The position numbers were made by a program, and so were the translations under genes. Source: an uncultured Planctomycetales bacterium (GTDB lineage Bacteria; Omnitrophota; Gorgyraeia; Zapsychrales; JAHFFX01). Taken from it: a DNA stretch of 64,000 bases. Shown here piece after piece: positions 27,001 through 39,000 of this stretch. Below the pieces are notes generated by a model that worked only from the letters and a program-made list of their open reading frames with translations, did no database searches and was not told where the DNA came from. Positions within the stretch are counted from its first letter, which is position 1. Every line of letters starts with the position of its first letter. The DNA lies in contig CAZTCI010000001.1 in NCBI GenBank assembly GCA_964612665.1, positions 508,896 to 572,895 on the forward strand, read 5' to 3'.

Positions 27001-30000
27001 GATCACCAACGTCCATGGGTTAGGAACTTTTTTAGACAAATGCGCGGACAAATGATCTGAAATGGTTTCTTCCAGCGCACTCTGCCAGATATATCGTTGA
27101 GAACGACCGGCAAGAAGTTCGATTCTTCTGGATGAAGAAACGATATTTATATTAAGAAAATCAACATTCTGTTGCCTGTGGATTTGCTGTGCCGCCAGCT
27201 GGACAACGCTATGTAGGATAAGGCCGGCTAACGCGGGTTGATTGTTCAGTTTCAAAAGACCGACGACAAATCTGCGGGGAAGATAAATGACGGGGCCATT
27301 GTCATTCCATTCCGTCGCAGCGACAGCCACATGACGCCAGTTGTCCGCATAAAGGAATGGTTGGCTCTCATCTTCGCGATCGCGAACCAAGATCAATTGA
27401 CTTCGAAGAAGGATGTCAAACAAATCGCTCGCCGCGACGAAATCAAACAATCCTCCCCGAATTTGATCCCACGGGATATTCATCAACGCACTTAAACTCG
27501 CGTCGAGAATTGAGCGATGCAACTCCATGTGAGTTAATAACGGTTCAACATAACGTTCATTCCTTCGACGAACTTTGTCGATTAGTTCCTGGATTTTCTT
27601 GTACTCTATATTCCATGCCTTCACTAACCTGCCGTTCTCATGATTTGTCATGACACCTGCGGCGGCCATCAGCATGAGGGAAGCCGTCACCGCAATGAGA
27701 CTAAAAGACCAACCACCGCCGAGCTGCTCCCATCCCAACAAAGCCTTCGCTTGATGATCTTTGTGATTAAATCTTTTATCGTCTGAATTAACCAGGGGCG
27801 TAATATCTTGAGCCATGGGCAGCGGCTCGATATGATTTCCGTTCGTGGATTTTTCTCTTGGCTCCCGTAAAAGTGAAGCCTCGTAGCCAATACCTCGATC
27901 TTTTCCATTATTTGGCCATAAACGATATTTCTGCAAGAACGAAGGGTCCTTAAGACTCTTTTTCAAATTTTGAATCATGATTCGACTCTTTATATCGCTT
28001 TTGAGAAATTCATTCCTTAACCTCAGAATGATATTCACAAACTGCTGTTGAGTTACAAGGACTCTTGTTTCTTTAAGCATCTGGTGTCCATAATATTTTA
28101 TGGCCATGCTGATGAGTTGCTTGATATCAGACTTTCCACCGTATGAATTCTCACTATATTCCTCAATAACTTTTCTGATCGCTTCGATCAAACCTGGATC
28201 ACCTTCCACCCGTCGATATTCTTCTTCTGTGATATAAACTGCATTCTCCTCGGGAAGCAGCATGACATCACCATTCGCAAACGGGCCTTCTATTTTTAAA
28301 AGACCGTCCCGCTTGGCTATCACGTGGCCAACTTTATAATAACGGTGTTCGACATATAAAACATCATTCTTAACGGGGTTAAAGCGGCGTCCAGGCATTT
28401 GAAAACGCCACAGAGGATATAAATTCTTTTCCAATTTTGAGATGATCTTAAGACTTATTGGATAGAGCGTATTCTTGCGAGGCAATCTCGCGCCACGGAT
28501 TTTCGCAACGGAAACTTCACATATCTGAACAAGACGCTTATCGGAGATCTCCATTATTTTGGGATTGTCCATAAGGCGATTGAGCGCTTCGCGCGCCTCG
28601 ATGAGTTGTTTAAGCACCGGCCGCATCTTGGCGATCACGTTTTCAGATGGAGTGGCTTTTTGTAGACGATATAGCTTGGCATCACGAGAAACTTTGGAAC
28701 GCTGATTGATCTCTGAATCCGTAATGCCCAGTTGGTTGGCTTGCGTGAGCAGTTGAACCAGTTCTATTCGAAGTTTTTTGAGATCTGGCCTTTGTTCTTT
28801 GAAATATTCCGTCAGGGCCATAAGCAATTTAGAGATAGTCGATGCGTGCGGCAACGTCCTATTTCCGGCTGCAATCATACTGATCGTGGTCTGATCCACC
28901 CCAGATAATTTTGCCAAACTCTCCTGATTTAATCCTTGCTCAAAAGCGTTCGTCATCAAGACGAGTACACTTCTAAATTGTTCCGCCGGAGATCCTGCCA
29001 TAGGCAGTCGATCCAATTTACTTTCAATCGATGCAATCGTATCTCGCCTTAATTGCGCCGGAGCCTCTCCTAATATTTTGCGCAGCGTTTTGTCATCAAT
29101 ACCCAATCTCGCCCGGATGGCCCGTCCCGAATATTGGCCTTCCTTATTAAGTCTCTTGATGTAATTCTGAAGGTCAACGGGAAGAATCACCATCACAGCC
29201 AATCCCGACAGGATTTTTAATACAATTATTATTCCTTTGAGGCCGATCAAAAGCCACGTGGATTCGAGGGTGATCGAGGAGAGTTTCTCCGTGTTTTCGT
29301 TTGAAGATTTTTTCCCAGGTTTGTCTTCATACTGCGCCACTTCTTTTAATTTCGACGCCAAACGATCAATATAGTCCTGAGCCTCGTCGGTGACGACGTA
29401 ACCCTGAGCTTCCAGGACATCCAAAACTTCCAGCACAAAAGCGGCCATCATCAAATAATGAATCAAATTTCTACTTTTCCAAGAAGACCATTCTCGAGGA
29501 GAATTTTCTTCTACATAGATCGGTTGAGGAATCGTTTCAACACGGCCTCCCACTTCTCTCAATTGCGAATGAATATTCTCAATCTTAGGAAGATAATCAA
29601 CATACCGCCACAACACATTTTCTTCTGTCTCGATATCCACCCCTTCGCGGAAATAATTCCAGGCCGTCACGATCATTTTCTGATCATAATCTCGCTTTGA
29701 AACGATTCCTTCCCGTCGAAAAACGTACTCACGATCAATCGTGCCCGAAATCATATGCATATAATACAGATCAATATATCGTCGGCCGCCGTTATTCCAT
29801 GGTTTTAAGTCCAAGTTGAATCGTTGATTGGCCTGGAAAATAACCTCGGGGTTAATCAATGTTCTATACAATAGAAGTTCCGTACCAATGGAATCGATGG
29901 TTCTCGTATCCGTGTCGATGAGTATAATTCGGTCTGTTTCCGGAGATAAAATCCCCTCGTCGTGCCAGTATTTGACAAAAAGGACCGCTTGAAGTGAATC

Positions 30001-33000
30001 TTGCCGAACGGCTTGGTCATTGTGCATTGTCGCCCAAACACTATGCATGCGCTCTTCAGGAAATTCTTCTGTAATTCTGGTGTAAATCTTTGACATTTCA
30101 AAAAGCGGTTCGGCTCCTGCTCGCAAGAACACAATACGCGTGTTCTTCCGGTATTGCTTATTCTCTTCGTGGGATCGAGGATATTCTTTGATACGCATGA
30201 ATACGTGTTGTATGAAATCCATCAATCCCAGTCTGCGCTCGGCGCCATGACCCAAAAATGTCGTCAAATGTTTAGTATCCAAATAGTGTTGATACGCTTT
30301 GGCAAACATTGCTTGATCCCCCGCAGAAAAGATTCGTCCGAGGGATTGAATACTCTGATTACGCGCGCGAACATTATCTTCATGTAATCTGAGTCGATTT
30401 AATCTAACCGAGGCAATGGCCGCAAATCCTGCCAGGATTTTAAAGATCAGCATTACACCCTTGATGCCGATTATGATCCACGCGGCGTCGAGGGTGAGGG
30501 CGGGAAGCTTTCCAACATCAGATGTTGGAAAGGGCGGGTTCAACCTGCGGGGTTGATGTCCGTTGGCATGCTTCTCTTGCGGATGGGTGAACTTTTCCGA
30601 GGAAAACTTCTTTATATCTTGGTCGCTCCACTCTTCTCCAAACACCTTTTTTAAATCCGATTTATTTCCGTTCTTTCCGTTCCTCTCCTTCTTTGCCAAA
30701 TCGTCATAGAATTTTTTCATGATCTCATCTTGCCGACGATCGAACTCCTCGGCGGAGAGAGACCAGTCATCTCGCTCTCGTTTGTATGCTTCCTCCGGTT
30801 TCCGATTCTGATTTAACCAAACGTCCTTAAGAACATCGTAGAGATTACACAACATGCGATTCCCCGCAAATTGCCTTAATCCCTCCCGATTGTCCTTATT
30901 CTTCAATATAATGCGGGCCATTTTAGTCTTCTCGAGATCCTGCTTGAGAAGGTGAACTAGGGCTTCATGGCGTCCGAGGTTTATTTTGGCCTCCCCGAAC
31001 ATGTCTTTCACAATTTGAACAAAAAGCTCAGGACCGATCTCCCTCATCGATAGCCAGGCATGCAAGACGATTTCTACTTTTTCTTCCTCGCTTTGAATAC
31101 GATGATGCCAAATCCAGATTTCATCAGAATTTTTGAGACCGCCAGAGGCATGGGAAGATCGAGAAAGGTCCCCATAGATCACACCGACGACGAAGAAGAC
31201 CACGATCAACATTTGTATCGGCGAGAGAACCGTCGACTCCACTCCCAATCCCAAGGCATTCATGGCCGTTGGTTTCCCGGGCCCGCGGAATGCTGTGAGT
31301 TCATTCAACCTGCGGGGTTGATGCCCGTCGGCAATTTCATTCGAAGACTTGATGTGGCGGAATCCTCGGTCGGAGATGTTCAATGTGAACCCATCCTCAT
31401 CAGAGAAACTACTGTAAAACAAAATCTCCCGGGCCAAATACGTTTCGTTAAACTCGATGACCAGCGCCTCACGCTTTTGGCCCATCTCCAACAGATCGTT
31501 CCACAAGAATGTTCTTGAAAAACGAAGTTCGCCAGCACCGATACGAAACGTAATGATGATGTCATTTCCGATGAGCCGGCCTTTCACAAAATAGATCCCT
31601 TGATCTTCCGTCACAATCCGGATTCTGGAATGTCTCAACAGCGTTGAAATCGGCAATTTGATTACTTCTCTGATATGATAAACTTTCTGGAGGGAATATT
31701 CGGCGTAGAAGGACAGCTCGTCTGCATCTGGAAGATGAAGGATAAAGTCATGAATCGGCGGCAATCCGCAGGCGGAATTGGTGAGCATGGCCATGATCAT
31801 AAAACGGATCAGCGTCGGGCTGCGAGTGAAACCAGCGACCTTAAGCCAGAATAGCCATACGATCATTGCCGTAATCAAAACGGCGAGGAAATATGCTAAG
31901 AAAGCAGCTGATAATTTCTCCTCAGAAGACGTCTTCCACCAGGTATATTTTTCCTTCATCTCATGATAGGAATTCAAAATAAGATTTAACGTTCCCTTCA
32001 CGCTTTGTTCCGTTGTCCCCCGCTCGGTGCTGATGTCTTGAATCGTCCATCCATTTAAGATCAGCGTAATAATCTCGCGCTGCGGCGGCGACATTTGATT
32101 CAATAGGGCCCGACGATGTGGATCCAATGATTGAGAATCGCGGATAATTTCGCCCAGGATTTGTTTCCGTTGAGAAGCACCCGCGCCTTGGAAATGAATG
32201 TTGATGCCTTCATGCAGCGGATATAATTCATCGCACCTTTCTTCCCGTTCAATTTGTTCTCTTAGGGGTTTCAAAGACAATTCGTTCTTAAGATCACGGT
32301 ATCTGAGTAATCCTCGACGGGCGGTGATGATCACCGTAGTCCACTTAATCTGCAATAGTCGGGCCACATCCGCCGGATGATAACCTGCAATGGCAAACGG
32401 AAGAATTTCTCGCTCCTTTTCCTCCAGCTGATCAAAGATCTCTCGATGGTCCAAGAGAAAATCTTGTTTAACCTCTCTGAGAATATTGATGAATTCTCGA
32501 CGGTTGGGAGATTTCAGGAAGAAATTGAATTCCGCATCTCGATCGTTGCGGATAACCATCATGGCCAACATGCCGGGTAAAAGGAGTATGACCAAAAAGT
32601 AAAGGCCCTGTATTTCTATAAAAATGATCTGTGTAAACGCGATCAAGACAAGCACGGACGGGAATACGGCGGAAAGTTTTTCCACCTTCCGATCTTGCGA
32701 TGTGGGGGCCAACTCTTTCTCAACAAGCTCCCCACGATATACCATCCGCTGAACAAGGCCCATCGGATAATTGATTTCTTTTAAGTCACCCTTATAGGCT
32801 TCACGCCGGATAACTTCATTGAGCAGGCGAAGTTTCTTTTTGATCTTTTGGACCTGATCTTTTTCTTGCGCACTTAAACTTTGATGATTAACGTATTTTT
32901 TGTGAAGTGTATAATCGTAAACGCTGAGCGAGATCGTCTGTTGTTCTTCTCCAACAATAACGACATTACCTTGATCCCCGGCTGGTTCGATGAAGAATTG

Positions 33001-36000
33001 ATACACAATTCCCTCAGCATAGAGATAATATTGGATTTGTGCATGGCTGTTATTAAAAATGCGGATATCATCAACCGAAAGATAATGCGGCCCATCAGGA
33101 TGATTGTGCAGGTCCAAATAAACGAGGGGATAATCTGGATTTAGTTCCGGACCGACGGAATCCTTATCGCCTTTGACGATACTGTAAAGGTCCCCTTCCA
33201 AGGATTGATGGGAAACTTCAAAAGGTAAATATCCAGAGGCGACGGTGTAAAAACGATCAATCGCGCGCCAGAACTCCGGCGTCCCGACGGCCGCGGCAAA
33301 TGGTCGAGCGCTGTAGCGTGTTCCTTCCTTCGCACTAATAATATCCTGCTTTATCTGATCGAGCGTCATGACTGGCCGACGCTGGATCCGGGAGATAAAC
33401 TTCCGACGGATGAATTCCTGGGCTTCCAGTTCATGGACGGCCATACCGATTATCGCGACCGCCGTCAGGCCGAGCAGGCTAAGCCAATCGGTATAGGCGG
33501 AAAGTTTTTCCACCTTCCCAACCCCGGAGGTTGGGGAGGATAATAATTTTTGGCTAAGATCTGCAGCCACATCCAAGTTTTCCAACACTTTCGTCGCATC
33601 TTTAGAACTTTTAATAAAGACAACCGCCTGAGAAACCGCCGCCGATATTGTTTCTATTTCGCCGATCATCGGAAAACTTCTCTTCCAAATAGCAAACTGG
33701 TGATTCCACGCAGCCAAACGCAGTTTGATGGCCAGATACCTCTTATCGGCCCATAACTCCTTCACTTGATCTCGGGCATGGACCATCGACGGGATTCGGT
33801 CCAAGGACAGGAGCAATCTTTCCTGATTTTCCCGTCGTTGTGCTTCCTGAAGTTCCCGTAATTCTTTTCTAATTTGCTGTAGTTCTTTTAAACTATGGAA
33901 CAATTGCTCAGTGGACGGGCCTTTAAGGACCGTCCGCGACATAGCTGCTGCCATTGCCCCCATCCCAGCAGAGAGCAATATCTTTCCGACGGGGATTCCA
34001 AACCATAACGCGGTCCCCCCATCTACACCTACGAGGTAAAGATGGATCCCCACTCCATACAACGCCAGTGCAATCATGACGGATGGAAATATGGCGAAAA
34101 GTTTTTCCACCTTCCCAACCCCGGGGGTTGGGGAGGATCTGAGGATCACCGCCAGCATTTCAATTAGTCCAACCAATCCCTTAAACACAATCCAAATCCA
34201 CACGGCTTCGATCGTGACGGCGGAGACGTTCTCGATGGGATTGTGATCGAATTCTTCTAGCGCATCGATTTTTCCGTATAAATATTGGGCCAAATGGCGG
34301 ATATCTTTTCGATAGTCGTGCGTCTTAACCAAATCCCAGAGGTTCAATTGTTCCCATTGATCGCCGGCAGCTTCGAGAGCTGCTTGGATTATCTTTAACC
34401 ATTCCTTCGCATAGAATTCTCGATGACGGAAATTGGACGCCACAATCCAGTGCAGTAATTCTTCTTCGGAAGATGTCTTCAACATCTCAATCGCGGCCCG
34501 GCGTTTGGCTGGCGAAGTGACCACCAAATCATTCATCCGCAAATGCTCGTTGAGAATGTGCTTCAGGCGCCGAGTCCTGGCAGAATTCGCCAAGCTGGTT
34601 TTATTTGTGAAGTCATCAAGAGAATTGAACGGATTGTTTAGCTTGCGAACCATCACCACAAATTCGGTCTGCGTCATTGTAAATCCACTCAAAAGAAAAT
34701 CCACCTCATCAGCGTAATTAAGGAAATATAGAATTTGTTTTTTGGTGTTTTTCGGGTGCTTCTGCAATTCTCGACGATGTTGCTCCGCATTTTCTTTCTT
34801 CTCTTTTCGTCTTTCGTTCTCTTTCTCTAAATCCGCCCGTGCCCTTTCACGAGGATTCTGAAATAGAATCTCTCGACGGTTTTCGGACGTTCGTTCCCAC
34901 GACATCGCAAAGACAAAGATATATGCCAGCAACATCCACGGACTGAACAGATAAGTACGAACTCCGGAATGATGGACGATTTGTTTCTGTGGAGTTTCTT
35001 CTTTAGTTGACAAGCCAACTTTCAGGGCTTGGGCGCGGCTGGCGGAGAGGTAAATCAACCGTTGAACAAACATGCCCGCGATCATCAGCACCGTAAAGAC
35101 ACTCATTCCCGTCGATAAATCGATCGTCACGGCGCGGTGTTTTTCGATATCAGAAGAACGACTTGGTGTTTTATCTTGTGCATTCAACCTGCGGGGTTGA
35201 ATGGACATCCTGTTCCCCTTCACACCTCCGAGGCGCGAAAGAGCATTATTTCTTAGCTTTTTACGAATACTTATAATTTTTAACACTGAACGAATATGCC
35301 ATTCTCTTAGCCCCAACCGCTCTTCCCGGATTTCTAATCTATCCCCAGGATATTTTTCAAAATCTGCAGTCACAATTTCGATAAGCCGTTCCCTTTTTTC
35401 TAGCTTTTCTCTTAAACGCACTCCCGCGGCTTTCTGCTTTAAGAACGTTAAATCATAATCCGGCCATATTTTGCTAATAATGTAATTCGACACTTGTTCA
35501 ATGTATTGATGCGATGATCCCATCTGTTCGACAATGATGCTTGATGATTGATCCAAAGCTATTTTGCGGACTAACACTTCTTTTTGCGGGAGCGTTAGTC
35601 CATACCTATCTCCTATATCGTTAAGGGTCCTTACAAGTCCTTCTTTAGTGATGGCATAGCCACTACTCTCCATAATGTCGCGAGCAAAACTTACTCTATT
35701 ACCATGCTCCATCGCTGTCTCCTGAGACGATAGAGAAGATCGGTATTCCTGGATCCCTTTTTGGCGATCTCGGTTTCGCGCATATGTATTTCGTTCGCCT
35801 CGAATTTTTAAATTAATTCCATTAACGACATATGTCAATAAGCCTACGCCATTGCGCCGATCAAATTTGATCACACTGCTGCGAATAGTTTTAATGAAGT
35901 CATCTGTTCTTTCCTTTAGGAAGGATCTATTCCATCTCTGTTTAACTAAGGGCATTTCTGTCAGACCGGCGATGAGGACTTCCATCGCCAAACCATCTTT

Positions 36001-39000
36001 CTTATCTTGAATAAGGTCAATTAAACGGCTCTGTTGCTCACGGCTTAAATATCCTCTGGAATGACGTGGCATGCCCAAGATCGTATTGACAGCGGCTTCA
36101 TCTCTTTGCTGAGGAGCCCAAATAATTTTAAGTTTAGACTCTTTAATAACCGGCACAGGAGGATTCAGCCCGTACCATTTCTTCATTTCATAAAGAATTT
36201 CTACTGAGCTTTTTCCTTTTAGATCGTGATTTTTTGCCCAGTTCAGCAGAAGCCCCTCTAAACATTTTCCTCCAAACCCTGGAATACCTGTATGAATAAT
36301 ATCGCCCACTTTTAAATCTACTATCTTCCCTGCACGGCGATGATTGGCTAGATGTTGAAGGATCGCCCATTGCAACCGCTCTTCAAGTTTGTCCCAGGAG
36401 AATTTCCTCGCCCGTCGGAATTGATCCAATACCGTTTCCAATTCTTCAAGGGTTACTGGTTTTTCTTCTGCCATCGTCATAAGAACAGCAGATGCGCAGA
36501 GGACTGCTATCCACGCTTCCGCACCTACGAGGTGCTGATGGGTAACCATGGCGACGAAAGCGGCGGAAATGATGATAAAGCGGAAGACTCCGTCGAGGAA
36601 ATCATTCAGTCGGCTGGGTTGAACAAATACAATTCGACGCAAAATGGAATTCACATTGTCTTGGCCGACATACGCAAGCGCCGCCGCAATTCCTACCAGA
36701 ACAAAAATCCATAAGGATGGACCAACGGCCATCAGTTTTATCTCTCGATCCCAAAACTGACTTGGCCCACACCGGCGGACAACAAATTTCTTTTCCAAAT
36801 CCTCTTTGACCGTCGTCACATCTTCTTGGACGATCGCGTCCGCCACACGTAAAGAAAATCCCATTTGCAGGGCCTGACGGCCGGGCATGGATGGGCTATA
36901 TCTCAAGCGAAGCCCCTGAATCAACGCGCGATAGGGCGCTTCCTGTCCCCGGAGAAACTTAAGGAAGGCAAACTGTTTGATTTCTTTGGTGGATACGGAG
37001 GTTTCAATATTATTTCTAAGATACGCTAAAAATTCTTTGTAATAACTGACCCAGTGCTCAAGGATTCTTTCCAGCCCCAACTCATTTAATTGTTTGTTCA
37101 AACGATTTGTGTTCCCAAAGACCAAATCTGTCGGTTTAAATTTATCAAATGTATCGGAGGTAATAGGACTCAATAAACAGCGCTCATTTAACGTTGATAC
37201 ACTGAGCTCATGCTTTTCGCCCCCGATTCTGACCCACCGCCCCAATCCCCGTCGGGCCAGGGCAATGAGATATTCGGGTTCGATATCAAATTGATCTTTC
37301 CCTTGATAATAAACGTGAATGTCCAGGTCCTTGATCATGGACCACAATGGGATTTGATTTTCGCTAAAAAGATAGGTCGAGGAGCCGGTGACCGTGATGA
37401 TCGGAGCCTCCACAATGGATAACGTAGCGACTTGCTTTAGAAGTTCGATTAAATCGACCGGCGGTAAAGCTGGATTGTCTGGCTGAACAATAAACTGGCG
37501 CTCAGGACGATAGTAGGAAATGTGTTCATCTTGGTCCACGATCAAAACAGGCCAATGCACTGTTTGGACCGCCGCCAGTAATATCAGCGCGTAGACCGCC
37601 TCGTTCAAACCGATCAGATCTCCGTGGGCCAAAAGACCGGATAAAGCCGCGAGGATGGCGATAGGGCGGAAGAGTTGTGCGATCAACCTGCGGGAGTGAA
37701 CAGACTTGATAAAGCGGAAAATTCCGTCGAGGAATAACATCACCCTCTCCGACGGCGGCGAAGTCTTGAGAAATTCGTAAAACGCGCGGAGGTTTTCAAG
37801 GATGACGCGGGATTTGGAGATTAGAACAGCGGCCATCAAAACAATAATGAGAATTTCCGCGAGGTGAAACACATTATTCGACGAAAAATTTGATTTTCTC
37901 GTCGGTCTTATCCGTGCAGTCGAAAGGAAATCGATTCGATGGGCGTTCAACGTCGCGGCATCTAATAATTCAAACCCTGGGAATGTTTGATCGACGATAT
38001 GTTTAATCAAATCCGCCAACTGATCCGCAGGGATTTTGATTAGATATCCTGGAATTCGGTGCATCTGCTGAGGACTAATTTCCCTCATCTCTTCTGCAGT
38101 CAAAAATTGAACCGCGGCCATCGATACAACCCGGCCTTCTAATCTGTTGACAGTCCATTTTCGCGACATTATACTTTGAATCGAAAAGGAGATAGATTGA
38201 TGACTTCTCTTCAAGATGCTATGAAAATCATTAAACCGCTTCAAAACCGTTTCAAGAAAAGCCATAAGTCCAGAAGAAAAACGAAGATTGCCGACGATCT
38301 TTTGGGTGCGTTCAAAGGTGCGACCGAAGGTAAATCTTCCAGTCAATGTGTTCGAGAATTGAGAAATTCTTCTTATGGTAAGTTTAAATAACCCTTCCTT
38401 GCTCTTGGACTCCGATGTCCTTGTCAGCTGGTTGACGCTCGAAGAAGATATTCTTACCCATAAAAAGCTCTGGGAAGCTCCCCACAAAATAATGACAATG
38501 GTTGAGGAAAATTCTTCTCTCGGTTGTTCAACGATTATCAATCTTATGGAAATCAGGTTTGTGTTGCGTGCTAAGAAGAAATTCAGTGAGCATAAGATTA
38601 CATCTTCTCTTAATAAACTCTCCGAGATTCTGAAGCTATTCATTCCAGATGAAATCAACCTATTAAAGGCGAATGAACTCCAGTCCAAATATCTTTCATT
38701 ATCGCCAACCGACGCTATCCTTCTGTCTGTGGCCACAACCCTAGACAATGTTGTCCTAATCACCCGCGATCGAGAATTATTGAAAGCTGCCTCAAAAATT
38801 GTCTCCGCATCAACTCCTGAAGAATTTCTGGCGAAACGCTGATCTCTTCTGTTCCAATAAAAATTCCCCACCAGCATTGCAATTAGCCCAACCACTCCCT
38901 TAAACACAATCCAAATAAAGCGGAAAATTCCGTCGAGGAATAACATCATCATCTTCGACGGCGGTGAGGTTTTAAGAAGTTCGTAGAACGCGCGGAGGTT

